Shown: positions 20,631 to 29,946, counted from the stretch's first letter. The stretch is 64,000 bases of DNA from a bacterium (GCA_965216315.1 CBDCFN010000016.1:1184001-1248000); one strand, 5' to 3'. Program-made: numbers and translations. The notes: generated by a model not told the origin, from the letters alone.

Positions 20631-21836
20631 ATGGCTGCGAAGAAGAAAATTGTTGTCGCCTATTCGGGCGGGCTGGATACCTCGATTATAATTCGCTGGT
20701 TGATCGAAGAGTATGACTTTGATGTCATCGCGTACATTGCCGACCTCGGGCAGGAAGAACCACTCCAGCAGATCAAGCAAAAGGCCCTCAAGACCGGGGC
20801 CTCCAAGGCCATTATCTCCGATCTCCGCGAAGAATTCGTCAAAGATTACGTCTGGCCCATGCTGCGCGGCAACGCGCGCTATCAAGATACCTACTTGCTG
20901 GGCACCTCGATTGCGCGGCCGATCATCGCGAAGGAACATGTGCGGATCGCTAAGAAAGAGAAGGCGGCCTATGTGTGTCACGGTGCGACCGGTAAGGGGA
21001 ACGACCAGATTCGCTTTGAGCTGACCTATTATGCCTTGGCTCCAAAGATACAAGTTATTGCGCCGTGGAGAGAATGGTCTTTTGAAGGGCGCCAAGATCT
21101 TATCGACTATGCCAAGAAGCATGGCATTCCGGTACCGGTCTCCAAGAAGAAGCCCTATAGTATGGACCGGAATCTCCTTCACCTGAGTTTTGAGGGGGGG
21201 ATCTTAGAAGATCCTTGGGCGGCGCCGCCGGAGGATATGTTTGTTTTGACCCAGTCGCCGCAAAAAGCCCCGGCGAAACCCCAGGATCTGACCCTTGAGT
21301 TCAAGAAGGGTGATGTCGTCAAGATTAACGGCAAGGCGGGGACGCCTGCGCAGTTGTTGCAGCGCCTTAATAAGGTGGCCGGCAAGCACGGCGTGGGGCG
21401 GGTCGACATGGTCGAGGATCGCTTCACGGGCATGAAGAGCCGCGGGGTCTATGAAACCCCCGGCGGGACCGTCATTCACGTCGCCCGCGGGGCCCTGGAA
21501 TCGATCACGCTCGATCGGGAGGTCCGGCAGATTCTGCTGAGTACGATGCCTCATTATGCCGAGGCCGTGTATAACGGGTTTTGGTTCGCGCCGGAACGCG
21601 AGTTGATGCAGGAAATGATCGATAGTGCCCAATCCGCCGTTACCGGCTCGGTGCGGGTGCGGCTTTATAAAGGGAGCTGTACTGTGCTCGGGCGGAAGGC
21701 GCCGAAGTCGCTGTTTAGTAAGGAGTATGCGACTTTTGAGAGTGATAAGGTTTATAAGCAGAATGATGCTGAGGGGTTTATTAAGCTGAATGCCCTGAGG
21801 TTGAAACTGCAGGCGATGGTTAGACCGAGGCGGTAG
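20631..21836 (+). CDS. argG: argininosuccinate synthase
   Basis: [29 protein letters not shown]. Confidence 0.97.
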   Translation: MAAKKKIVVAYSGGLDTSIIIRWLIEEYDFDVIAYIADLGQEEPLQQIKQKALKTGASKAIISDLREEFVKDYVWPMLRGNARYQDTYLLGTSIARPIIAKEHVRIAKKEKAAYVCHGATGKGNDQIRFELTYYALAPKIQVIAPWREWSFEGRQDLIDYAKKHGIPVPVSKKKPYSMDRNLLHLSFEGGILEDPWAAPPEDMFVLTQSPQKAPAKPQDLTLEFKKGDVVKINGKAGTPAQLLQRLNKVAGKHGVGRVDMVEDRFTGMKSRGVYETPGGTVIHVARGALESITLDREVRQILLSTMPHYAEAVYNGFWFAPERELMQEMIDSAQSAVTGSVRVRLYKGSCTVLGRKAPKSLFSKEYATFESDKVYKQNDAEGFIKLNALRLKLQAMVRPRR

Positions 21837-21846
21837 GGGAGAGTTT

Positions 21847-22497
21847 CTAGTTTTCTTTGCATGATTGCGGTTTAATTTTACGGGACGGAGTAAACTCTAC
21901 CGTTGTGCCCTTTTTACATTTGATACCTTGAATAATCTCATCTTCGGCAAGTAGTGCTCTTTGTATTGACTCTGTGTGGGAATAATATGTTGCGGATCCT
22001 TTCACAATTCTGATTCCCTGCGCTCTTACAACCCCATCAGGTAATGTCTCACATGATTGCTCTATAAGCTTACCGTTTTCGTCAAAATCGATATACACTG
22101 AAGCGGGACAGTTAACATCGTGAATCAACATATCACTGCGTAGAATAACGTCTTTAAGTTTTCCGTTTTCACGAAAATTGATTCTTGTAGCCTTTGGGAA
22201 GTTTAGCCCCTGCACCATCATCTGATTTGCGATCATGGCATGTTTTATATTTCCATTTTCATAGAAATATACTCTACTGCCTTTTGGAACAGTAAGTCCC
22301 TGTATTACCATGCGATCGGTGGGTTCAAGTTGATCAATATTCCCGTTTTCGTAAAAACACGCGTATTGACCCTTTGACAGTTTAAAACCCTGAACAAGTT
22401 GATCTTCACTCAAATAACTGCAATTGGGCCTGGAATCGTCAAGAAACATACTGCAACCCGCCCCTATTAATGCGATTATTAGAACCAGTATTTTCAT
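21847..22497 (-). CDS. hypothetical lipoprotein with MORN/YwqK-like FYENG repeats
   Basis: lipobox GAGC; ~23 aa repeats (FYENGNI, FRENGKL, FDENGKL); AT-rich. Confidence 0.7.
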   Translation of the reverse strand: MKILVLIIALIGAGCSMFLDDSRPNCSYLSEDQLVQGFKLSKGQYACFYENGNIDQLEPTDRMVIQGLTVPKGSRVYFYENGNIKHAMIANQMMVQGLNFPKATRINFRENGKLKDVILRSDMLIHDVNCPASVYIDFDENGKLIEQSCETLPDGVVRAQGIRIVKGSATYYSHTESIQRALLAEDEIIQGIKCKKGTTVEFTPSRKIKPQSCKEN

Positions 22498-22647
22498 ATG
22501 CTAGCCTGCAACGTTGCCCTGCAGATATATAAGTTGATGGTTCAAAAGTATCTGTTTCTGAAACACTGATTGTAGCGAGATTGGCGCCTGAAATCACTGA
22601 GAAAAGACACACAAGCAATTCACAATACGGAGAAGAGCTTGCATGAG

Positions 22648-22671
22648 GACACAAGACGGAGCTGAGCTCCC
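22648..22671 (+). repeat. RAYT-associated repeat copy
   Basis: GACACAAGACGGAGCTGAGCTCCC, preceded by degenerate partial copies at ~22603-22640. Confidence 0.85.
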
Positions 22672-23085
22672 TTTACCGGGATGAAGAGTCGCGGGGTCTA
22701 TGAAACACCCGGTGGAACGGTTATTCATAGTGCCCGTTGTGCGCTTGAATCGATCACCCTCGATCGGGAAGTCAGGCAGATCCTGCTGAGTACTATGCCT
22801 CATTATGCAGAGGCCGTGTATAATGGGTTTTGGTTTGCTCCGGAGCGGGAGTTGTTGCAGGAAATGATTGATAGTGCTCAGGAAGCCGTTACTGGCTCGG
22901 TGCGGGTGCGGCTGTATAAAGGGAGTTGTACCGTCTTAGGGCGGAAGGCGCCGAAGTCGCTGTTTAGTAAGGAGTATGCGACTTTTGAGAGTGATAAGGT
23001 TTATAAGCAGAATGATGCCGAGGGCTTTATCAAGCTCAACGCTTTGAGGCTGAAGTTGCAAGCGATGGTTCGACCGAGGCGGTAG
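22671..23085 (+). pseudogene. argG: diverged duplicate of the argG 3' third (134 codons from ATG 22681)
   Basis: matches 21422-21836 with 4 amino acid changes and many synonymous changes; begins right at the repeat. Confidence 0.93.
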
Positions 23086-23122
23086 GGGGTGGGTTAGGAG
23101 CTAGACTGTGAATTAGTTCATA

Positions 23123-24316
23123 TTAGGTGTGATTCTCAAGTTGAGTAATAGTGAACCTCAGTCTAGCTAACAAATCATCATATGTAATGATATCAACGAT
23201 ATTCTTATATTTTCTCTTTATGACCTCGAAGTCTTGCTTTTGTTCTGACTTCAGATTTTCATCCCTCCCCATCACGATGATTCCACTCGGATTCGTGATC
23301 TTGATGCTGAAGCCGTCTGGTAGCCTATCTTGATATCGCTCAGATAGGGTCATTTCACCTGCTCGTCCCCATTTGTTTAGGTAGAAAATGTACTTCTCAA
23401 TCTGCATTACCGTACCGGAGAGTTCCCGTAGTGGGATGTAGTTATCTCTATATTGACTATTGGTGACAATGCATTTATCAAATGGTTGTTTGATTTCCAC
23501 TATGTCAGTATTGCCCGACGAATCCACCAAGAGAAAATCCAATTCTCTAGTTTTTTGATTGTAGGTATCCCTAATCTTCGCTGATTTGAATACCCTTATG
23601 TATTTAGGGTAAAGCAAAAGAATAATTTGCACTATCTGATCCTGCCATTGCGCCTCACTGTACGTATTCTCATTATTCAGCATGTCAGTAAGTTTTTTTT
23701 GTAGTAATGTGTATTTGATAATTTCATTGTCCTTAAATATTTCTATGAGATCTTCTCCTGTGTTCACGATTTTTTTATTCAGGTACTGGTGATATTTCTT
23801 TTCACCGTCGTATTTAGTCTCAAAGTAATCTCTGATAATAGCGCTGACTCTTGCTTCAACGTATAATCTCAATTCGTAAGTATTCGGAAAGTACTTGATG
23901 AGCAGATTAAAATCCTCTTCTGGTATGCTATCAGGGTGGTTGCCTCCAATGCGAATCAACTTTGCTCCTAAAGCGCTCACCTTGGAAAAAATTGATACAT
24001 TTTTTTCAGCAGTAAATGATCGATAGGTAAGAGGAATATCTTGGTGGATCCATAAATCGAATTCGATTGAAAGAATTCTTCTATGTATTAGGAAGTATTC
24101 ACCATGCTTTTTTCCAATATTGAACTCAACAGGTATATCTGGATTAGGCGTTACTTCTGTGCTTGATCCGTACAGATCTTCTTTTGTGACGTGAAATGTG
24201 TTCTTTAGACATACTGTCTCATCATTATTAAGTCTCCGGTATAGCCAATCGTTATCGCTATTCGTAGTGTCGTATTCTAATACCAGAGAATCATTGACTT
24301 TTTCGAACTCAAGCAC
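23123..24316 (-). CDS. Shedu-like (DUF4263) anti-phage nuclease
   Basis: C-terminal E..WQ, DFLLVD..G..DIVEIKQP, ELSGTVMQIEKY, IITYDDLL motifs. Confidence 0.8.
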   Translation of the reverse strand: MLEFEKVNDSLVLEYDTTNSDNDWLYRRLNNDETVCLKNTFHVTKEDLYGSSTEVTPNPDIPVEFNIGKKHGEYFLIHRRILSIEFDLWIHQDIPLTYRSFTAEKNVSIFSKVSALGAKLIRIGGNHPDSIPEEDFNLLIKYFPNTYELRLYVEARVSAIIRDYFETKYDGEKKYHQYLNKKIVNTGEDLIEIFKDNEIIKYTLLQKKLTDMLNNENTYSEAQWQDQIVQIILLLYPKYIRVFKSAKIRDTYNQKTRELDFLLVDSSGNTDIVEIKQPFDKCIVTNSQYRDNYIPLRELSGTVMQIEKYIFYLNKWGRAGEMTLSERYQDRLPDGFSIKITNPSGIIVMGRDENLKSEQKQDFEVIKRKYKNIVDIITYDDLLARLRFTITQLENHT

Positions 24317-24403
24317 GGTAATTAATGAACCTCGAGGACGTAACTATTCGTTAGTATGGTTGTTTCTTTCTTATAGCGCAAGCATTTCACAGCAAAGCAG
24401 GAT

Positions 24404-24424
24404 GACACAAGGTGGAGGTGCGAA
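24404..24424 (+). repeat. RAYT-associated repeat copy (GT variant)
   Basis: GACACAAGGTGGAGGTGCGAA. Confidence 0.75.
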
Positions 24425-24674
24425 TAGGTTACCTTGCTCTGGCCCTCTAAATAATTACTCTCCAGCCGAAGAAGTAAATTTTTTTCTAATCTCCGACTAA
24501 TTTTATTCAAATTAAAGGCATGCGCCAAGCGTTATTGAATAGCGCTTGGCGGGGGGTGGATAAATTTTCGCCATGTGAAGGCGATGTGCTCGTTTGTTAG
24601 TTCTTTTAGCGCAACATGATTTAATATATTCTGTCGAAACGACGTCCTAATCGACGAATAAACTTACAAATGAC

Positions 24675-26531
24675 ATGGCAAGAAACGTTAATGATGCATA
24701 TAAATCCCAAAACAGATGGCGTGCTGTATTAGATCATACTGAAGGAACCCTTGTTGTAAACGCTGGTCCTGGTACAGGAAAGACATTTAGCTTGTTGAGA
24801 AAAATTGAGCAGCTTCTTAATGATGGTACAGATCCGGATAAGATATATTATCTCACATTTGTGAATAGCATCGTTGATGCATTTAAAGCAGATGTTGCGA
24901 AAGCTGAGGCGAATGGTGGACTTGGGAGAGACGCTGATGAATTAGGAATAAGAATCTCAACACTGCACAGTTTAGGCTTTAAGGTTGTTAAAGCTTATGC
25001 AGCCAAGCTAGGGCTCTCAGAGCATATCGAGGTTGTTGAAGCTTCTAAAAAGCCGGTTCGAATTATTTCGAAGCTGTTTGTTTCAGATCTATATTTTTTA
25101 GCTAAAGATGACGGCGTAGTTTCAGACAAGAGAGGATTTAAAACGGCGTTGTTAAGGCTGCAGAAAGCTTGGCAAAGTGGGAATGCAGTACCAATAGAAT
25201 TGCAAGGGCTAGATGAACTTGTAGATAAGCTAAGTCGGAAGTATGAAGCGCTTTCGTGGGACCATTTGGTGCTGCTAGCAAATCAGGCTATTGAATCCTA
25301 CGGATTGCCCAAATGGCTCAAGGATGCAGAACATTTTATGATTGATGAATACCAAGACTTTAATCCGGCAGAGCAACGTTTGATTGATTTGGTTACTGAA
25401 CCTTCGGATTCTGTTGTCATCGTAGGGGATATGGACCAAAGTATTTATAGCGGTAGATCCGCTTCTCCGCAGGGACTACAAGAATTGCTAGAGCACAATC
25501 ATGTATCTACGGTCAACTTCGTGTATTGCCGCAGATGTCCGATAAAAGTAATTGAAGCGGCAAACCGTATGCTGGAACTTATGGATCCTAACAATTTCCA
25601 AGATAGAGCCTTGCAGGCGTTTAAAGGAGAAGAGGGGTTGCTACATATAAGCCATGTTAGGAGTTGCAAAGCAGAACTAGATTTGATCGCGGCTGAGATC
25701 AAGGAACATCTATCTAATGGCACGACAGATATAGCTATCTTGATGCCGGGTAGAAAAGGTATGGACTATTACAGGGATAAGCTGAAAGAGCGGGGCATTA
25801 ACTGTGTTATTCATAAGACTGGCAATGAGGAGCGGGAAATGTTGTCTGTATACCTGCGATTAGCTATTCTGAAGGAACAAGCTCTACTTGAACGAGTCTT
25901 GCTGAGTACGTTTCCAGCTCTCGAGAGGAGATTTCAAAGGGATGTGCTGCCTCGAATGATCATGCAGGATCTTTCGATTGTCGAAGCTCTGAGAGCTGCA
26001 GAGCTAGAAGTGGGGAGCGGGTGGCGTAATGATGTCCGTCAAGCTCTTCAGAAGTTCGAAGAAGAGCTGAAACTAATTAGGTCTCAAGATTCAAATAAAT
26101 TATCGGTATTCCTAAAAGAAAAGGGATGGGAGGTTCCAGAAGACCAATTGAAGGAAATATTAGATGATGAGCATGATGCATGGACCGTTGCAGAGCGAGT
26201 TGATATGATAATTAAGCAGCTCGATCATAATAAGGATGAAGAAGAAACATCCGATGCTACTGTACAATTACTCACGATGCATAGTTCCAAAGGGCTTTCC
26301 AAAAGTGTGGTAATTATGCCAGCTCTTGAAGACAAGTGGATACCAGCTAGATCAGTTGGTGAGGCTCTGAAAGAAAAGCATCGATTATTTTATGTAGCGC
26401 TGACAAGATCGGAAGAATGTATGATTATTACTTATCCCAGGACTCGAGCGAGAGGTGATCCTTTAAACCATACCCCACAGGGGGCTAATGAAGGTCCATC
26501 ACGATATTTGGAGACAATCGATAATATATAG
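24675..26531 (+). CDS. UvrD/Rep-like SF1 helicase
   Basis: AGPGTGKT, ISTLHS, IDEYQD, VGDMDQSIY, TMHSSKGL, RLFYVALTR. Confidence 0.9.
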   Translation: MARNVNDAYKSQNRWRAVLDHTEGTLVVNAGPGTGKTFSLLRKIEQLLNDGTDPDKIYYLTFVNSIVDAFKADVAKAEANGGLGRDADELGIRISTLHSLGFKVVKAYAAKLGLSEHIEVVEASKKPVRIISKLFVSDLYFLAKDDGVVSDKRGFKTALLRLQKAWQSGNAVPIELQGLDELVDKLSRKYEALSWDHLVLLANQAIESYGLPKWLKDAEHFMIDEYQDFNPAEQRLIDLVTEPSDSVVIVGDMDQSIYSGRSASPQGLQELLEHNHVSTVNFVYCRRCPIKVIEAANRMLELMDPNNFQDRALQAFKGEEGLLHISHVRSCKAELDLIAAEIKEHLSNGTTDIAILMPGRKGMDYYRDKLKERGINCVIHKTGNEEREMLSVYLRLAILKEQALLERVLLSTFPALERRFQRDVLPRMIMQDLSIVEALRAAELEVGSGWRNDVRQALQKFEEELKLIRSQDSNKLSVFLKEKGWEVPEDQLKEILDDEHDAWTVAERVDMIIKQLDHNKDEEETSDATVQLLTMHSSKGLSKSVVIMPALEDKWIPARSVGEALKEKHRLFYVALTRSEECMIITYPRTRARGDPLNHTPQGANEGPSRYLETIDNI

Positions 26532-26562
26532 AGGTGCTTTTAAATCTTAAGGAGGGTTATCG

Positions 26563-27381
26563 ATGAAGGTTTTCATAGGATGGTCACATGAAGTCAGCCA
26601 TAAGATGGCGTTGGCAATACACGAATGGTTTCCCAACGTAATTCAGTCTATTGAACCTTATGTATCATCTGAGGATATTTCTAAGGGCAGTCACTGGTTT
26701 TCGGATGTATGTGACAATTTAGATCAAGCTGATTTTGGAATCATATGTCTTACTCCTGATAATGTAAATGAGCCATGGATTCTATTTGAGGCAGGCGCGT
26801 TAGGTACGAAATTTGGGAGATCAAAGGTTTGCCCATTATTGTGGCGTATATCTGCTACCGACCTTAAAGGTCCATTGTCACATTTTCAATCATGTGCATT
26901 AAATGCAGATGATATGTTACGACTTGTCGGTGATATAAATAAGCAATTAAATTCGAGTATATCAGATGAAAGGCTCGTCAGTACATTCGAACTATGGTGG
27001 CCAAAATTAGAAGAGAAATTGTCTTCTATTCATGAAACAGCCCCGCTTGATTCTTCATCAGGGAAAAGTAGAGGTGACAGAGATCTATTAGAGGAAGTTC
27101 TCCAGCGAGTTCGTGCATTGAAGAATAGCATGGATAGAAGATTCAATGCCGCGAGTAACGTAAATGTTTATGAATGCCATCAAGATAATGCTAAGCCCCG
27201 TGAAGGTTCTGAAGGCATTGAACTTCTTCAGGGTCAGTTGGATAATTTTGAACGGAATTTTATTGGAAGAATTTTAAAAAGTAATAAATTCAACTTAGAT
27301 TTAGCTGCCAGAACGTTAGGAATTCATAGGAAGACGCTAGAGTATAAGATGAAGAGACTGGATATAGACATGCCAAACTAG
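26563..27381 (+). CDS. TIR-domain protein with C-terminal Fis-type helix-turn-helix
   Basis: MKVFIGWS, GIICLT, PWILFEAGAL (TIR); FER..I..IL.....N...AARTLGIHRKTLEYKMKR (HTH_8). Confidence 0.85.
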   Translation: MKVFIGWSHEVSHKMALAIHEWFPNVIQSIEPYVSSEDISKGSHWFSDVCDNLDQADFGIICLTPDNVNEPWILFEAGALGTKFGRSKVCPLLWRISATDLKGPLSHFQSCALNADDMLRLVGDINKQLNSSISDERLVSTFELWWPKLEEKLSSIHETAPLDSSSGKSRGDRDLLEEVLQRVRALKNSMDRRFNAASNVNVYECHQDNAKPREGSEGIELLQGQLDNFERNFIGRILKSNKFNLDLAARTLGIHRKTLEYKMKRLDIDMPN

Positions 27382-27398
27382 GAGAATCAAAAAAAGAA

Positions 27399-27422
27399 GG
27401 CACAAGACGGAGGTAAGCTCCC
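27399..27422 (+). repeat. RAYT-associated repeat copy
   Basis: GGCACAAGACGGAGGTAAGCTCCC, 17 bp after the TIR gene stop. Confidence 0.85.
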
Positions 27423-27569
27423 TTTTAGGTGTAGTCGGGGATAAGACTCCAAAAATAAGACTCACCCAGTAGCGATAATTTGCACTTCACGCGGCTAGTG
27501 CTAGAGATTAAAATATGTGACGACTTGATGAAACATATAATCTACACATGACAATGATTTCGGTAAACT

Positions 27570-28460
27570 GTGATGAATGAACTGTGGTTGACAGCAAAAA
27601 ATATTATTTTTCAATGGGTGCTACCAATTGCTGGTTTTTTAGGTTTGATATATGGGTGGCGAAGCTACCGTATAGCTAAGCGGAGCCAAAAAAATAGGAA
27701 GTTGAAATTTGAATGTAATGAAAGAGCACTCGTTTTTTCAAGCAAACTTACTGAAAAGGATAGTGTTGATTTCAGACTCAACGGTGAAAGAGTTAGAAAT
27801 TTATATTTTCTTGAATTCACTATTACAAATATCGGCAATGAGGTCCTGTATGCTAAAGATTTTAGGGAGCCATTCCAAATTGAATTCCCGGGTGAGATAA
27901 ATATTTTCCCACTACGCATCGAACGCGATAAAAATGATATCAACATCACATACGACATTAAACCTGAAAGTACAAAGACGACGGTGACAATCAATACAGA
28001 ACTCGTGGAGCCGAAGGACAAAATCATCTTTACACTACTATATGAGGCTACGAAGTACGCTGGTTATGTGCCTGTCGTGCGGATAATAGATGGCAATTTG
28101 GAGAATGTTAGATCCGATTGGGGACGTGAGGAGTCCTCTGAAGACATCGAGGCGAGAATACGAAAGAAATATGAACGTCGTTCTAAGCTAGGTGACTTGC
28201 CGGTGATGATAATGACAGGTCTTTTTTGTGCGCTCATTGCGCTGCCAGTTTACATAATATATCCAGATTTTTTTGCGGATGATTATGAATATAGCATCAT
28301 TCGTAATATTATCATTGGTTGTGTTGCTCTGATTGTTCTAAGTGGCGTTATGAGGTATGCTTTGCGAAGTCACCAGAAATGGTTCAATGAATTTGTTAAT
28401 GAGAAGGTTGATGAAGCAAAACGCAGAAAATTTCTATTGCCACATGAAGGAGATAGGTAA
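27570..28460 (+). CDS. hypothetical membrane protein (1 N-terminal and 2 C-terminal TM segments)
   Basis: 296 aa AT-rich ORF; hydrophobic segments flank a beta-rich soluble domain. Confidence 0.75.
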   Translation: MMNELWLTAKNIIFQWVLPIAGFLGLIYGWRSYRIAKRSQKNRKLKFECNERALVFSSKLTEKDSVDFRLNGERVRNLYFLEFTITNIGNEVLYAKDFREPFQIEFPGEINIFPLRIERDKNDINITYDIKPESTKTTVTINTELVEPKDKIIFTLLYEATKYAGYVPVVRIIDGNLENVRSDWGREESSEDIEARIRKKYERRSKLGDLPVMIMTGLFCALIALPVYIIYPDFFADDYEYSIIRNIIIGCVALIVLSGVMRYALRSHQKWFNEFVNEKVDEAKRRKFLLPHEGDR

Positions 28461-28465
28461 GAAGA

Positions 28466-28557
28466 GACACAAGACGGAGGTGAGATCCCCTGGGGCACGA
28501 ACTGCGGGCTAGATTTCAGCTAATCTCGTGTGCCGTTTTCGTACCTCCACCTTGTGG
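28466..28557. mobile_element. miniature non-autonomous derivative of the RAYT element (left end joined to right end)
   Basis: starts GACACAAGACGGAGGTGAGATCCC, ends TTTTCGTACCTCCACCTTGTGG; interior resembles 28993-29031. Confidence 0.7.
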
Positions 28558-28612
28558 GCTGCCAATTTTCCCCTTGAGCTCCCCCGCATCCTCAACTAGT
28601 AAGACACAATAA

Positions 28613-28964
28613 GACACAAGACGGAGGTGAGCTCCCATGGCGCACGAAATTCGGACTAGATTACAGCGGATTTGGTTTACGGATTATTGCTTCTGTTAGT
28701 TTTCGACGATGATGGTGCTGGTTTGGGCCGGATCGCTACTTTAATGCCGAGATTGGATCGTCAGCCGGCCATTAAAGCGCATTCACGATATAGCTGTGCG
28801 CCATTTTCTTAAAACTGAATTGTATGAGCTGGTTTAGTTTTCTTTATGGGACATTTTCACCAAAGCGTAGGGCATGACGCTCTTTCCAGTCGGCATACTG
28901 ATCCTTGCGAATCTCTTTGATTTCCCGTGTCTTCCAATTGACCCAATTTGGGTTACCAATGAAG
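28613..28964 (-). pseudogene. diverged tandem copy of the RAYT element left end including the last ~40 transposase codons
   Basis: colinear with 28969-29324; starts with the repeat and is cut off just before the next repeat copy. Confidence 0.9.
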
Positions 28965-29203
28965 AAAAGACACAAGACGGAGGTAAGTTCCCCTAGCGCA
29001 CGAGATTCGGACTAGATTTCATAGGATCTCGCTTACGGATTGTTACTTCTGTTAATTTTACGGCAATGATGGGTTTGGTTTGGGGCGGATTACTATTTTA
29101 ATGCCAAGATTTGCTCATTATTCAGCCATTAAAGCGCATCCAAGGTATAGCTGTCCGCTGGTTTTCTAAAAACTGAATTGTATGAACTGATTTATTTTTT
29201 TCT

Positions 29204-29917
29204 TTAGGGGACATTCCCACCAAAGCGGAGGGCATGTCGCTCTTTCCAGTCGGCATACTGATCCTTGCGAATCTCTTTGAGCTCCCGAGTCTTCCAATTA
29301 ACCCAATTTGGGTTACCAATGAAGCACGTGCTTGAATACGGTTTCTTTTCCTTCCAGTCGTTCTTAAGGATTTCTTGAATCATCGCGAGGTATGCTGCCT
29401 GTCGGCGTTGAGGCGTGGAGCTTAGTGTGAGATAAGATGGGGCTGGGGTGATGAGGGGGTCAGCTGTACCGTAGGCATAGTAGCCGAAAGATGAGTATTC
29501 GTTGTGTCGGGGATGCTTGACCTTGTAGGCCCGTTTGGGATTGAGGTCGATGTAGAGCATGACCTTGAGTAAATCACGATCTGTTTGAATACTCGGGGAT
29601 TTAAATCGATCCATGACTACCTGGCCGCGTCTTTGGACTTGCTTGTTGTAGGCCTTGGCAAAGCATGCGTTTACGACACGGAAGAAATCAGAGAAGGTTT
29701 CTAACTCCTCCATACGTCCAGACAAATGGATATGATTATCCATGAGACAGTACGAGTAGATCTGCACTGAGTATCGGTCCTTATATTTTAGTAACAGCTG
29801 ATAGTAGAGCTCCTTGGCCCAGCATTCTTTGAGGAGCCAGGACTTATTATGGCACTGCCACGTGACGTGGAAGGTGGATTCCTCTTCGAGGATGGCACGG
29901 CGGGGGAGTGAAGGCAT
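29204..29917 (-). CDS. REP-associated tyrosine transposase (Y1/HUH, RAYT)
   Basis: FHVTWQCHN, YCLMDNHIHL (HUH), RRGQVVMDRFKS, YIDLNP (catalytic Tyr), EYSSF. Confidence 0.88.
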   Translation of the reverse strand: MPSLPRRAILEEESTFHVTWQCHNKSWLLKECWAKELYYQLLLKYKDRYSVQIYSYCLMDNHIHLSGRMEELETFSDFFRVVNACFAKAYNKQVQRRGQVVMDRFKSPSIQTDRDLLKVMLYIDLNPKRAYKVKHPRHNEYSSFGYYAYGTADPLITPAPSYLTLSSTPQRRQAAYLAMIQEILKNDWKEKKPYSSTCFIGNPNWVNWKTRELKEIRKDQYADWKERHALRFGGNVP

Positions 29918-29930
29918 TAGAACTGCATAG

Positions 29931-29946
29931 AGCAAGGACTGTGCCA
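29931..29946 (-). promoter_or_regulatory. sigma54 -24/-12 promoter upstream of the RAYT gene
   Basis: minus strand TGGCAC-AGTCC-TTGCT. Confidence 0.6.

Noticed and set aside
22671..23085. argG duplicate as a simple assembly repeat or a DGR template
   Set aside because: The copies differ at many, mostly synonymous, sites of all base types rather than being identical or adenine-specific, and no reverse transcriptase is present. A strain chimera still needs read-level exclusion.
24675..26531. Gabija system (GajB-like helicase)
   Set aside because: No adjacent OLD-family ATPase/TOPRIM nuclease (GajA).
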